Positions 18,818-30,577 of a stretch of DNA of 64,000 nucleotides are shown here, piece after piece. Numbering within the stretch: the first letter of the stretch is position 1; every line of letters begins with the position of its first letter. Position numbers and translations under genes: made by a program. Source of the DNA: Planctomycetota bacterium (GTDB taxonomy: Bacteria; Planctomycetota; PLA2; JAEUHO01); the NCBI GenBank assembly GCA_965223505.1, contig CBDCWP010000030.1:224001-288000 (forward strand), read 5' to 3'. The notes below the pieces were generated by a model. That model did no database searches and was not told the origin of the DNA. It was given only the letters and a program-made list of their open reading frames with translations.

Positions 18818-20335
18818 GTGACGAATTCCCGCCGACCGTTTCTGTTGTTGCCGTTGCTCCTCGTGTGCTGTGTCGCGCCGTGCCTGCGCCCGACCGAGGC
18901 GGCCGATCCGCTGCCGGACGGCGCCGTCGCCGTCGTGGCCGGCAAGACGCTCACGTTCAAGGGCCTGTGCTACGCCGCGTACCAGCACGCGCTACCGAAT
19001 CTGCGCTCCGCCGGCAGCATCGAGCGCCGCATCCTGCTGCAGGTGATCGACGAGCGCATCGTGGCCATGGAGGCCGAGGCGCTGAAGGTGGCCGTGACCA
19101 ACGACGACCTCAAGCAGCGCTACCGGGAGTGGGACAAGGCGCTGCGCGACAAGAGCAACGGCATGCGCACGCTGGCGGACCTCATGCGCGAGAAGCGCAC
19201 GTCCGTGCGGGAGTTCTGGCAGCAGATGCGCCACCAGCTCACGCTCGAGCGCGTCGCGAACCACAAGATCTACCTCAACGGCAAGCTGTCGAAGAGTCCC
19301 GCGAAGCGGCTCGGCGAGATCGCGCTGGTGCTGGAGCAGCTTCGCAAGCAGTCGGAGGTCGCGTTCGGCGTGACCATCGCCTCGCCCGTGCCGAAGCACT
19401 GGCGCCGCGAGGTGAAGCTGGAGAACGGAAACTGGCTCGCGACGGTCAAGAACCACGTGAAGTCGCCGCTCGCGCCGCGCCCCTTGACCAAGATCGACTA
19501 CGGCGAGCAGCTGGTGCTGCGGCTGAGCTCGGGCGCCGTGCGCGAGATCCTCGATCAGGAGTGCAAGACCGCGCTCATGGCCTCGAACGACCTGTCGCTC
19601 ACCGACGAGGAGTGGGACGAGGAGATCGGCGTCCAGAAGAAGCTGTGGCTGCTACAGCGCGAGCTCGCGAGCCAGGAAGCGTGGCGCAGCCTCTCCTACG
19701 ACGAGTACGTGAAGGTCAAGTACAAGATCTCGCTCGAGGACATGCGCAAGAACCGCTACTGGCGCGGCTTCTTCGGGCTGCTGCGCCGATTCCGCAACTC
19801 GGACGAGGTCCGCGAGCGGGTCCCGGCGCGCTACGAAGAGCAGCGCGAGAACGTCTGGGGGCCGTACATCCTGATCTGGGACATCACGATCGGGTTCGCG
19901 CAGGAGAAGGGCTTCGGCGACCGCAGCGGCCGGACACGCCGTCAAGCGGTGCAGATCGCGCGCGAGGTGCCGAAACAGCTCGCGAAGGGCATCCCGTTCA
20001 CGCAGGTCGTGAGCAAGATCAACGCGCAGAAGGACCCGACGTTCAAAGCCGAGCGCCGGCGCATCCGCAAGTCGCAGGAGGAGCACCTGCTGTGGGAGCG
20101 CGCGATCACCATGGAGGACGGGCAGCTGAGCGGCATCATCGAGACGCTCTCGGACCTGCATCTGATCCGGCGCGAGAAGAAGTACCCGGCGCCGGAGCGC
20201 GAGAAGGTGCTGCCGCTCGTGCTGGAGGGCATCGCCCGGCACGAGGCGCGTACCTGGCTCGGCAACAAGCTGCTCGACAACGAGGTCGTTCGGATCCGCT
20301 GGCCGCTCGAAGAGCGGACCGGCAAGCAAGACTGA
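18818..20335 (+). CDS. secreted SurA/PrsA-like (foldase/parvulin-like) protein
   Basis: Signal peptide; VAVVAGKTLT...LLQVIDERIVAMEAEALKVAVT (SurA-N-like); C-terminal GQLSGIIET..LHLIR parvulin-like segment. Start is approximate. Confidence 0.55.
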   Translation: MTNSRRPFLLLPLLLVCCVAPCLRPTEAADPLPDGAVAVVAGKTLTFKGLCYAAYQHALPNLRSAGSIERRILLQVIDERIVAMEAEALKVAVTNDDLKQRYREWDKALRDKSNGMRTLADLMREKRTSVREFWQQMRHQLTLERVANHKIYLNGKLSKSPAKRLGEIALVLEQLRKQSEVAFGVTIASPVPKHWRREVKLENGNWLATVKNHVKSPLAPRPLTKIDYGEQLVLRLSSGAVREILDQECKTALMASNDLSLTDEEWDEEIGVQKKLWLLQRELASQEAWRSLSYDEYVKVKYKISLEDMRKNRYWRGFFGLLRRFRNSDEVRERVPARYEEQRENVWGPYILIWDITIGFAQEKGFGDRSGRTRRQAVQIAREVPKQLAKGIPFTQVVSKINAQKDPTFKAERRRIRKSQEEHLLWERAITMEDGQLSGIIETLSDLHLIRREKKYPAPEREKVLPLVLEGIARHEARTWLGNKLLDNEVVRIRWPLEERTGKQD

Positions 20336-20350
20336 GCGCGTCTCGCGGTT

Positions 20351-21859
20351 CTACGGCGTGCGGCGGGCGTGGAGCCAGCCGCGCTCGTAGCTGAAGAGGT
20401 CGGGCTCGTCGTAGCCGAGCGTCGCGAGCGCCTGCTCGGCGGCCTCGTCCTGGCCCTTGGCGGCGGCCGCCCAGAAGGCCTTGCGTGCGGCGATCGCCTT
20501 GGCCTTCGCGTCGTCGTTCAGCTTCAGCTCGCCGCACCACCACTCGAACCAGGCGTCGGCGATCTGATCGCGCGTCACGCCGTGCAGCTCGCCTTCGTCG
20601 AAGAGCTGATTGATGGCCTTGTTGAGCTCGGGCATGTCGTTGCTGCGCCCGAGGTACTTCGCCTCCTCGGGGAAGCCGACGAACTCCTTGCCTCGCTTCT
20701 TGAGCGTCTGCAGGGCGAATTGGAACCCGAGCCGGCTCTCGCTCTCGTCGCGCACGACGCCGATGAAGCAACCCTCGTAACGAGGCTCCAGTACGCCCGA
20801 GAGCTTGGTCACGACCGATGCGCGCACCGCCGAGAGCGGGTGGTGGAAGTAGCGGGCCAGGTCACCCATGACGTCGGGGTCTTCCGACGCGATGAGGGCC
20901 TGCACGGCCGTGCGGATCTCGGTCTCGGGCGCGTCGCTGTCGACGATGGCCTGGAGCTGGTCGAGGGAACGCCGGGACCATGCGGGCGTCTGCTCGAGGA
21001 TCGTCATCGCGCCCATGCGAACGGCGTTGTCGGCGTCGTCGAGACGGCCGTGAACGAGCGCGAGCATGGCGTCTTCGGTGATCGCCTCGGCGCATTTCGG
21101 CGCGGGGCCGAACACGGTCTTGTGGATGGCCTGCATGCAGCGCAGCCGCACGAGACGGTCCGGATCCGATTCGACGAGCGCGGCGATGGTCGGGATGCTC
21201 TCGCAATCGCCGAAATGACAGAGCGCCGATGCGGCGGCGATGATCAACAGGCCCTCGTCCTTCTTGTTGGTCGTGGGGTTGTTCGACCGCATCAGGCACT
21301 TGCGCATGCCCGGCGCGAGGTCGGACCAGTCGAGCAGCTTGGCCACCTGGATCGCCCCCAGTCGGGTGACGTCGCCTTCGCGCGTCAGCCACTGTTCGAC
21401 GGTCGCGCGCACCTCGAACGTCTGATCGGGCGCGAAGTGCTCGATGAAGTCCGGGTGGCTGGACATGCGCGAGAGGATGACGGTGCGCGTGTCGAACGGG
21501 CCTTCGCGCCAGGCCTTCTCGACCAGCGTGAGGCGGTTGCGCTCGAGCAGGATGCCGACGCAGCGGCCGCGAATGCTGAACGCCTTGTCGGGGTCCCTGA
21601 TGACGTCGAGGATCATGTCGTCGACCCAAGGCTCGTTGGGAGACTCGACGAGGTCCTTGTGATGCCGCTTGCGCACGGACGGGTCGTCGGAGTGGAGCCC
21701 GTTGAGCGCCGACATCACCTTCAGGTTGGGCAGGAAGATGATGAAGAGGACGACGAGGACCACGAGCAGCGAGAGGAAGATCGCGGCGTAGCGCTTCCAC
21801 GGCTTGGACGGCGCCGCGTCGGGCGCGCCGGCTGCTTGCTTCTTGGGTGCTTCCGTCAT
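20351..21859 (-). CDS. membrane-anchored HEAT-repeat protein
   Basis: One N-terminal TM helix; repeats such as DPDRLVRLRCMQAI, DADNAVRMGAMTIL, ETEIRTAVQAL. Confidence 0.75.
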   Translation of the reverse strand: MTEAPKKQAAGAPDAAPSKPWKRYAAIFLSLLVVLVVLFIIFLPNLKVMSALNGLHSDDPSVRKRHHKDLVESPNEPWVDDMILDVIRDPDKAFSIRGRCVGILLERNRLTLVEKAWREGPFDTRTVILSRMSSHPDFIEHFAPDQTFEVRATVEQWLTREGDVTRLGAIQVAKLLDWSDLAPGMRKCLMRSNNPTTNKKDEGLLIIAAASALCHFGDCESIPTIAALVESDPDRLVRLRCMQAIHKTVFGPAPKCAEAITEDAMLALVHGRLDDADNAVRMGAMTILEQTPAWSRRSLDQLQAIVDSDAPETEIRTAVQALIASEDPDVMGDLARYFHHPLSAVRASVVTKLSGVLEPRYEGCFIGVVRDESESRLGFQFALQTLKKRGKEFVGFPEEAKYLGRSNDMPELNKAINQLFDEGELHGVTRDQIADAWFEWWCGELKLNDDAKAKAIAARKAFWAAAAKGQDEAAEQALATLGYDEPDLFSYERGWLHARRTP

Positions 21860-22025
21860 GGCCAAGGTCGCCTCCGCGGGTGCCAGGAGCCTATTCACGC
21901 ATGAGCACGCGGCGCGCCAAGATTCGGGACGCGAGCCGTTCGCGAGCGGGTCCGGGCTATACAAAGACCTCTTCCGCGCCCGCCCCCGGGCTCTTCACGC
22001 GATCAACGGCAGAACGGAGCCGCCC

Positions 22026-22979
22026 ATTCCCCCCGACCCCACACCGATCCGCCTGACGCTGGGCTCCGAGGCGGCCGGGCAGCGCCTGGATCGTGCGCTG
22101 GCGGACCGTCTGCCCGAGCACTCCCGCACGGTGCTCACGCAGTGGATTCGGGCCGGCCGGGTCCTCGTGGACGGCGAGCCGCTCCCGGCCAAACACAAGG
22201 TCGCGGGCGGCGAGGAGGTGGAGATCGACGTTCCGCCGCCGCGGCCGACGGAGCTGGTCGCCGAGGACCGGCCGCTGGACGTCCTGCACGAGGACGAGTG
22301 GTTGCTGCTCCTGAACAAGCCGGTCGACTGGACGGTTCATCCCGGCAGCGGCCGGCACACGGGCACCGTGGCCAATGCGCTCGTGCACCGGTTCCGGAAC
22401 CTGCCCGTCTTGGGCGGCTCCGACCGCCCGGGCATCGTCCATCGGCTCGACAAGGACACGTCGGGGGTGATGGTCGTGGCGAAGACGGAGCAGGTGCAGC
22501 GCGCGCTGTCGGACGCGTTTGCGCAGCGGACGGTGGAGAAGTCGTACCTGGCGTGCGTGCACGGGGTGTTCGACGAGGAGAGTACGACCGTCGATCTGCC
22601 GATCGGCCGGTCGCCGACGCATCGAACGCGCATGACGATCATCGAGGGCGGGCGCGAGTCCGTCACGCACGTGAGCGTCGAGCGCCGGTTCACGCGACAC
22701 ACGCTGCTGCACTGCCGCCCGCGCACGGGACGCACGCACCAGATCCGGGTGCATCTGCGCGCGCTGCATCACCCGATCGTGGGGGATCCGTTCTACGGCT
22801 GGAAGAGCGCGCCGGGCGACGGGCTGCCCGGCCGATTGATGTTGCACGCATGGCGATTGGCGTTCGTGCATCCGGGTACCGGCGAGAAGGTGTCGTTCGA
22901 GGCGCCGCCGCCGGAGGACTTCGTGCGCGGGCTCGAGGCGCTGGAGGCGTTGCCGCCGCGCGAGCGAGGACGGCCGTAG
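22026..22979 (+). CDS. rluD: RluA/RluD-family 23S rRNA pseudouridine synthase
   Basis: S4 domain (GQRLDRALA), [46 protein letters not shown]. Start uncertain; ATT at 22026 proposed. Confidence 0.88.
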   Translation: MPPDPTPIRLTLGSEAAGQRLDRALADRLPEHSRTVLTQWIRAGRVLVDGEPLPAKHKVAGGEEVEIDVPPPRPTELVAEDRPLDVLHEDEWLLLLNKPVDWTVHPGSGRHTGTVANALVHRFRNLPVLGGSDRPGIVHRLDKDTSGVMVVAKTEQVQRALSDAFAQRTVEKSYLACVHGVFDEESTTVDLPIGRSPTHRTRMTIIEGGRESVTHVSVERRFTRHTLLHCRPRTGRTHQIRVHLRALHHPIVGDPFYGWKSAPGDGLPGRLMLHAWRLAFVHPGTGEKVSFEAPPPEDFVRGLEALEALPPRERGRP

Positions 22980-23142
22980 CGCCGTTCGTGGTGACGGGGC
23001 GCTTCCCGCGAGCGCGGGCCCTCGTGGCAGCCCGAGCCCGACCCCTCGCACGTTTCTCTCGGGGCCCCCCAAACGCAACATCGCGCGAGCGCCCCCACGG
23101 GATACGCCGAGTAGCATTCGAGGTCGAATCGCGGAGGGTTCG

Positions 23143-24786
<1,644 letters not shown>

Positions 24787-24830
24787 CCGCGGGTCGTTCG
24801 CGGGCGACCACGGGTCTCCCCGGATCCGAC

Positions 24831-24997
24831 GTAGGGGCAGCCCTTGTGGCTGCCCAACCGTGGATGTGTCGGGACCTGATCGACGAACGGTTGGGCGGCC
24901 ACGAGGGTCGCCCCTACATTGGGCGGCAACGAGGTCGCCCCTACATTGGGCGACCACGAGGGTCGCCCCTACTGGCGACCACGAGGGTCGGCCCTAC
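24831..24997. repeat. REP cluster: one forward copy plus four tandem inverted copies
   Basis: GTAGGGGCAGCCCTTGTGGCTGCCC (24831-24855), then ~26-28-nt units like ttGGGCGACCACGAGGGTCGCCCCTAC x4 (24891-24997). Confidence 0.9.
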
Positions 24998-25551
24998 TGC
25001 CCGATCGCGTCGATCTTCGCCTTCCATCGTTCGATGACGGCCTGGTTCTTCGCGGCAAGGGAGTCGCCGCCCGGCAAGTCGTCGAGCGCACGCTGCAACG
25101 CATCGCGCGTGCCGGAGAGCCGCTTGACGGCGGCCTCGGTACCCGGCTTCGCCTTCATCGACTCGATCTGCTTTTCGAGCATGGCGATGTTGCTCTCCAT
25201 CTTCTCGCGCGCCGCGGGAGACACCTGCGGAGACCGGTGGCTGCTCACCTCGCGCACGATCGCGTTCCAACGCTCGGCGCTCCACCCGTGGCGCTCCAGG
25301 GCCTTCAACAGATCCGCTTGCCCTTCTTCACGAAGCCTCTTGATCTCGGTTGCGATCGCGACGTACTGCTCCATGACCTCGTCCGTCAGCACGAGCTCTT
25401 CCACCGTCATCTGCTCGCGCACCTCGTCGGCCGGGTTCGCGGCGCCGTCGCCGCCGGGATCGACGGCCGTGACGTCGGCCGGCTCCTCGTCACCGCACGC
25501 GGCGAGGCCGAGTCCGCAGGCAAGTACAAACGCGAGCGAAACGTAGCGCAT
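24994..25551 (-). CDS. hypothetical lipoprotein
   Basis: MRYVSLAFVLACGLGLAAC lipobox; its TAG stop lies inside the last REP copy. Confidence 0.75.
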   Translation of the reverse strand: MRYVSLAFVLACGLGLAACGDEEPADVTAVDPGGDGAANPADEVREQMTVEELVLTDEVMEQYVAIATEIKRLREEGQADLLKALERHGWSAERWNAIVREVSSHRSPQVSPAAREKMESNIAMLEKQIESMKAKPGTEAAVKRLSGTRDALQRALDDLPGGDSLAAKNQAVIERWKAKIDAIGQ

Positions 25552-25637
25552 GAATCCGTCTCCCAACCGGGGCGCGACATCGTACTCCCCTGCCGCGGCT
25601 CGCATTCAACGCGTCCGGCCCGGTACGATCTCGCGCC

Positions 25638-26090
25638 ATGACCGACCCGCCCCCGAACCCGCTTCCGCGCCTCGGCCCCGTCGACCACATCGGCATCGCG
25701 GTTCGAAGCCTCGACGAAGGCAAGCAGCTCTACGGCGACGCATTCGGTCTGACGCTGCTGCACGAAGAAGAGGTCCCCACCGAGAAGGTCCGCGTCGCTT
25801 GCTACGACGGCGGCGGATTGCGGATCGAGCTGCTCGAGTCCACCGACCCAGAAGGCCCCATCGCCCGGTTCGTAGAACGGCGCGGCCCGGGCATCCACCA
25901 CGTCTGCTACCGCGTCGACGACGCCGACGCGGCGCTCGCGCGCCTCAAGGAGGCCGGCCTGCAGACGCTCGACGACACGCCCCGGCCGGGCGCCGGCGGC
26001 TGCCGCGTCGCGTTCGTCCACCCCAAGTCGGCCGGCGGCGTCCTCGTCGAGATCTCCCAGCCCCCCGCCGATGGAGCCGCGCATGAGTGA
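25638..26090 (+). CDS. mce: methylmalonyl-CoA epimerase
   Basis: [40 protein letters not shown]; pathway context. Confidence 0.93.
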   Translation: MTDPPPNPLPRLGPVDHIGIAVRSLDEGKQLYGDAFGLTLLHEEEVPTEKVRVACYDGGGLRIELLESTDPEGPIARFVERRGPGIHHVCYRVDDADAALARLKEAGLQTLDDTPRPGAGGCRVAFVHPKSAGGVLVEISQPPADGAAHE

Positions 26091-27633
26091 GGACCCGCGC
26101 ATCGAGGGCCTGCGCGAACGTCGCGAGGCCGCGCTCATGGGCGGCGGCGCCGCCGCCATCCAGCGCCAGCACGACAAGGGCAAGCTCACGGCGCGCGAGC
26201 GCATCGACCTGCTCGTCGACGAGGGCACGTTCGAAGAGATCGACCCCTTCAAGCTCCACCGCTGCCGCGAGTTCGGCATGGAGAGCAAGCAGTTTCCCGG
26301 TGACGGCGTCGTCACCGGACTCGGGCGCGTCGACGGGCGCGTCACGGCGGTCTTCGCGCAGGACTTCACCGTATTCGGCGGGTCCCTCTCGGGCGCCAAC
26401 GCCGAGAAGGTCTGCAAGCTGATGGACACGGCGATGAAGATCGGCGTGCCGATCGTCGGCCTCAACGACTCCGGCGGCGCGCGCATCCAAGAGGGCGTCG
26501 TCTCGCTGGGCGGGTACGCCGACATCTTCCTGCGCAACACGCTCGCCTCCGGCGTCGTGCCGCAGCTCTCCGCGATCCTCGGCCCGTGCGCGGGCGGCGC
26601 GGTCTACTCCCCTGCCATCACCGATTTCGTCATCATGGTGGACGGCACGTCGTACATGTACGTGACCGGCCCCGGCGTCACCAAGACGGTCACGCACGAA
26701 GAGGTCACCCACGACGAGCTGGGCGGCGCGACGGCGCACTCGGAGAAGTCGGGCGTCGCGCACTTCCGCGTCGACGACGACGCGAGCGCGATCGCGGCCA
26801 CGCGGCGGCTGCTGGCATTCTTGCCGCAGAACAACACCGAGGTCCCGCCCGCGGGGCGCGGCACCGACGATCCGAACCGCATGGAAGAGCGCCTCAACGC
26901 GCTCGTGCCGGAAGACCCGAACAAGCCGTACGACATGCGCGAGGTCATCCAGCTCGTCGTCGACGACGGCGACTTCATGGAGGTGCACGAGCACTTCGCC
27001 GGCAACATCGTCGTCGGGTTCGCGCATCTGGGCGGACGCACCGTCGGCGTGATCGGCAACCAGCCGCAGGTGCTCGCCGGCTGCCTCGACGTGGACGCCT
27101 CGGTCAAGGGCGCGCGATTCGTGCGCTTCTGCGACTGCTTCAACATTCCGCTCGTCACGTTCGAGGACGTCCCGGGGTTCCTGCCCGGCACCGACCAGGA
27201 GTGGAACGGCATCATCAAGCACGGCGCGAAGCTCCTGTACGCGTACTGCGAAGCGACCGTTCCGAAGCTCACCGTCATCACGCGCAAGGCCTACGGCGGC
27301 GCGTACGACGTCATGTCGAGCAAGCACATCCGCGGCGACTGGAACCTGGCCTGGCCGAGCGCCGAGGTCGCGGTCATGGGGCACAAGGGCGCGGTCGAGG
27401 TGATCTTCCGCAAGGAGATCGCGGCCGCCGACGACCCGGCCGCACTGCAGGCGAAGCTCGAACAGGAATACCGCGATCAGTTCGCCAACCCCTACGTGGC
27501 CGCGGAGCGCGGGTACCTCGACGACGTGATCGAGCCGAAGACGACGCGCCCGAAGCTCGTCGCGGCATTGGCGATGCTCGAGACCAAGCGCGACCAGAAC
27601 CCGCCGAAGAAGCACGGGAACATCCCGCTCTGA
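26083..27633 (+). CDS. pccB: propionyl-CoA carboxylase beta (carboxyltransferase) subunit
   Basis: [57 protein letters not shown]. Confidence 0.93.
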   Translation: MSEDPRIEGLRERREAALMGGGAAAIQRQHDKGKLTARERIDLLVDEGTFEEIDPFKLHRCREFGMESKQFPGDGVVTGLGRVDGRVTAVFAQDFTVFGGSLSGANAEKVCKLMDTAMKIGVPIVGLNDSGGARIQEGVVSLGGYADIFLRNTLASGVVPQLSAILGPCAGGAVYSPAITDFVIMVDGTSYMYVTGPGVTKTVTHEEVTHDELGGATAHSEKSGVAHFRVDDDASAIAATRRLLAFLPQNNTEVPPAGRGTDDPNRMEERLNALVPEDPNKPYDMREVIQLVVDDGDFMEVHEHFAGNIVVGFAHLGGRTVGVIGNQPQVLAGCLDVDASVKGARFVRFCDCFNIPLVTFEDVPGFLPGTDQEWNGIIKHGAKLLYAYCEATVPKLTVITRKAYGGAYDVMSSKHIRGDWNLAWPSAEVAVMGHKGAVEVIFRKEIAAADDPAALQAKLEQEYRDQFANPYVAAERGYLDDVIEPKTTRPKLVAALAMLETKRDQNPPKKHGNIPL

Positions 27634-29144
27634 TGGCCGTGAAGAAACGCACGATCCGCAAGCTGCTCGTCGCGAATCGCGGTGAGATCGCGCTGCGCGT
27701 GATTCGCGCCGCGCACGAGGCGGGCATGCGTACGGTCGCGGTCTACTCCGATGCCGACCGCACGTCGATGCACGTTTGCGGCGCGCACGAAGCCGTGCGC
27801 CTCGGTCCGCCGGCGCCGGGCGAGTCCTACCTGCGCGCCGACGCGGTTCTGGCCGCGGCCGAACAGACCGGCGCGGACGCGGTTCACCCCGGCTACGGCT
27901 TCCTCGCCGAGAACGCGGCGTTCGCCGAAGCCGTCGAGGCGGCGGGACTCGTGTTCGTCGGCCCGTCGGGCGACGCCATGCGCGCCATGGGCGACAAGAT
28001 CTCCGCGAGGCGCACCGTGAGCGGTTCCGGCGTGCCGGTCGTGCCGGGCGCCGAGCTGCCGAACGCGGACGACGACAGAGCCGTGCTCGAGGCGGCGCGC
28101 GGCGTCGGGTTCCCGCTGCTCGTGAAGGCGTCGGCGGGCGGCGGCGGCAAGGGCATGCGCCTCGTCGACGCCGAAGACGGCGTGCTCGAAGCCGTCCAAC
28201 GCGCGTCGTCCGAAGCCGTGACGGCCTTCGGCGACGGAACGGTCTACCTCGAGCGATTCGTCGAGAAGCCGCGTCACGTCGAGATTCAGGTGCTCGCCGA
28301 CGCTCACGGCAACACCGTGGCGTTGGGCGAGCGCGAGTGCTCGGTGCAACGCCGCCATCAGAAGGTGATCGAAGAGACGCCTTCGCCGATCGTCACGCCG
28401 GAGCTGCGAGCGGAGATGGAAGCGGCCGCGATCGCGACGGCGAAGAGCTGCGACTACCTCGGCGCGGGCACGGTGGAGTTCCTGGTCGGCGCGGACCGGT
28501 CGTTCTACTTCCTCGAGATGAACACGCGCATCCAGGTCGAGCACCCGATCACCGAGCTGCGCTACGGCGTCGACCTCGTCGCTGAGCAGCTGCGCGTCGC
28601 TCAAGGGCTGCCGATCTCGTTCGCCAGCGAGACGCTGGAGCCGCAGGGACACGCCATCGAAGCGCGCATCTGCGCGGAGGACGCCGACCAGGGCTTCATG
28701 CCGAGCACCGGAACGCTCGGCGCCATCCAGCTACCCGGCGGTCCGGGGGTTCGCTGCGACGGCCACGTGTACGTCGGGCAGGAAGTGACGCTGCACTACG
28801 ACAACCTCCTGCTCAAGCTGATCGTGCATGCGGACGATCGCGACGAGGCCATCCGGCGCATGCGCCGCGCGCTTCACGAGACGCGCTTGCCGGGCGTGAC
28901 GACGAACATCCCGTTGTGCCTGCGCACGCTCGACGACCCGGCGTTCGCCACCGGCGACTACGACACGTCGGTGCTCGACGGCAGCGCGCCGCCTGAACCG
29001 CAGGCCGGCGACCTGATTCCGGTGGTCGCCGCGGCGCTGGCCATGCACCGGCGCGTCAAGAAGACGGCAATTCCCGAAACCGTTCAGTCCGGCCCGAAAC
29101 CGTCGGCATGGGTCGTCGCGGGAAGGCACTGGTGGCGCCGATGA
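27633..29144 (+). CDS. biotin carboxylase subunit (acetyl/propionyl-CoA carboxylase)
   Basis: LLVANRGEIALR, HPGYGFLAEN, GGGGKGMR, ERECSVQRRHQK, EMNTRIQVEH. TGATG coupling with pccB; the track start at 26586 is over-extended. Confidence 0.93.
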   Translation: MAVKKRTIRKLLVANRGEIALRVIRAAHEAGMRTVAVYSDADRTSMHVCGAHEAVRLGPPAPGESYLRADAVLAAAEQTGADAVHPGYGFLAENAAFAEAVEAAGLVFVGPSGDAMRAMGDKISARRTVSGSGVPVVPGAELPNADDDRAVLEAARGVGFPLLVKASAGGGGKGMRLVDAEDGVLEAVQRASSEAVTAFGDGTVYLERFVEKPRHVEIQVLADAHGNTVALGERECSVQRRHQKVIEETPSPIVTPELRAEMEAAAIATAKSCDYLGAGTVEFLVGADRSFYFLEMNTRIQVEHPITELRYGVDLVAEQLRVAQGLPISFASETLEPQGHAIEARICAEDADQGFMPSTGTLGAIQLPGGPGVRCDGHVYVGQEVTLHYDNLLLKLIVHADDRDEAIRRMRRALHETRLPGVTTNIPLCLRTLDDPAFATGDYDTSVLDGSAPPEPQAGDLIPVVAAALAMHRRVKKTAIPETVQSGPKPSAWVVAGRHWWRR

Positions 29145-29659
29145 AGTACTACGTCGAGTGGGCCGGCATGACGCACGTCGTCGAGATCCGTCAAAAGGGT
29201 GGCGAGACCACCGTGACGGTGGACGGCACCGCGTATCCCGCCGACGTCGCGTCGGTCGAAGGCGGCGACCTGCTCAACCTGCTCTTCGAAGGCAACAGCG
29301 CGACGTACGCGGCACGCTTCGAGAACGGCGCGGCGGTGCTGTCGTTTCACGACCGCGAGGTGCGCGTCCCGATCGAGGACGAACGCACCCGGTTGGCGCG
29401 CGAGGCCACGGGGGGCAAGCGCGGCGGCAAGGCCAGGTCCGACATCCAGAGCGTGATGCCGGGCGTGGTGAAGGAAATCCGCGTGGCAGAGGGCGATCCG
29501 GTCAAGAGCGGGCAACCGCTGCTGATCCTCGAAGCCATGAAGATGGAGAACGAGATCCGCGCGCCGATGTCCGGCATAGTGAAGAAAGTCCATGTTGCGC
29601 CCGGACAGGCGGTCGAAAAGGGCGCCGAGCTGATGGCTTTGGGCGCGGCCGGCGAATAG
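29141..29659 (+). CDS. biotin carboxyl carrier protein
   Basis: MPGVV...LEAMKMENEIRAP biotinylation motif; ATGA overlap. Confidence 0.92.
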   Translation: MKYYVEWAGMTHVVEIRQKGGETTVTVDGTAYPADVASVEGGDLLNLLFEGNSATYAARFENGAAVLSFHDREVRVPIEDERTRLAREATGGKRGGKARSDIQSVMPGVVKEIRVAEGDPVKSGQPLLILEAMKMENEIRAPMSGIVKKVHVAPGQAVEKGAELMALGAAGE

Positions 29660-29723
29660 GGCCCAACAAAGCGGACCCGTGCGCCGTACAGTCGGACGGC
29701 AGAGATTCGTTGGAGCGTTCAAG

Positions 29724-30551
29724 ATGGACAAGTTGGCACTCGTATTGGCCGTTGCGGCCGTCGCACTCGCGGGCTGGACCGCGTTCGGCGCCGGACATTC
29801 CGCCGGCACGGACGTGGAGCGTCTGGATTCGTTGGATGCGTCGGTTTCCGAGCTGACTGCGTCCATCGCGTCGCTCGAGAAGCGGATCGGAGAGATTCCC
29901 TCCGCGGCCATGGTCGGCAACGGCGGCATGACGGGCGATGACGCGGGCCTCGAAGGCAACGTACGCCCCGCGACGATGTCGGACCGCGTCGCCGAGCTCG
30001 AGAAAACCGTCAAGGATCAGAACGAGCGGCTCGCGTCGATGCAGGATCAGGTCGACAAGCAGCCGGGCGCCGGGCGCTTCATCAGCCCGCGGCATTCGAT
30101 CTTCTTCCGCAGCGTCGACGACGCCGCCAAGCAGCTCGAGCTCGATCCCGGGCAGCGCGCCCAGATGGACCGCATCATCGAGTCCACGAAACGTGAGCTC
30201 GAGGACCTCTACAACACGCCCAACGACGAAGGCAAGACGTGGGCGGAGATGAAGAAGTTCAACCTCAAGAAGCTGACCAGCGGCGACGCGAGTGACGGCA
30301 TCGTCGCGTTTACCTCGAACTTCGCCAAGATCGCCAAGTTCAAGAAAACGAAGATTCCCGGCAGCAACGAGACCTTCGGCGAAGCGGAGACGCGCATCAA
30401 GAACCTCGCCAAGGAGAACATCGGCGAGACGCTGAACCAGGAGCAGAAGGAGAAGTGGGACAACGCCCACACCGATCACCTCGTCGGCGGCGGCGGCTCC
30501 AGCATGACGTTCTCGTCGGTCGTGATGGAACGCGAGGCCGAAGACAAGTAG
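29724..30551 (+). CDS. hypothetical secreted coiled-coil protein
   Basis: GGAG RBS, signal peptide, coiled-coil segments; codon usage like host genes. Confidence 0.7.
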   Translation: MDKLALVLAVAAVALAGWTAFGAGHSAGTDVERLDSLDASVSELTASIASLEKRIGEIPSAAMVGNGGMTGDDAGLEGNVRPATMSDRVAELEKTVKDQNERLASMQDQVDKQPGAGRFISPRHSIFFRSVDDAAKQLELDPGQRAQMDRIIESTKRELEDLYNTPNDEGKTWAEMKKFNLKKLTSGDASDGIVAFTSNFAKIAKFKKTKIPGSNETFGEAETRIKNLAKENIGETLNQEQKEKWDNAHTDHLVGGGGSSMTFSSVVMEREAEDK

Positions 30552-30577
30552 CAGACGCCGTTTTCGGCGAGCGACGG

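Noticed and set aside
22990..23100. Riboswitch (e.g. cobalamin) upstream of the mutase
   Set aside because: GC-rich inverted repeat with a degenerate REP-like core; no recognisable B12-box or other riboswitch motif.
24891..24997. Possible CRISPR array
   Set aside because: Repeats are adjacent with no unique spacers, match the dispersed REP family, and no cas genes are present.
26586..27632. N-terminal extension making an 852-aa biotin carboxylase fusion
   Set aside because: It is an off-frame read of pccB; the real gene starts at the TGATG overlap at 27633.
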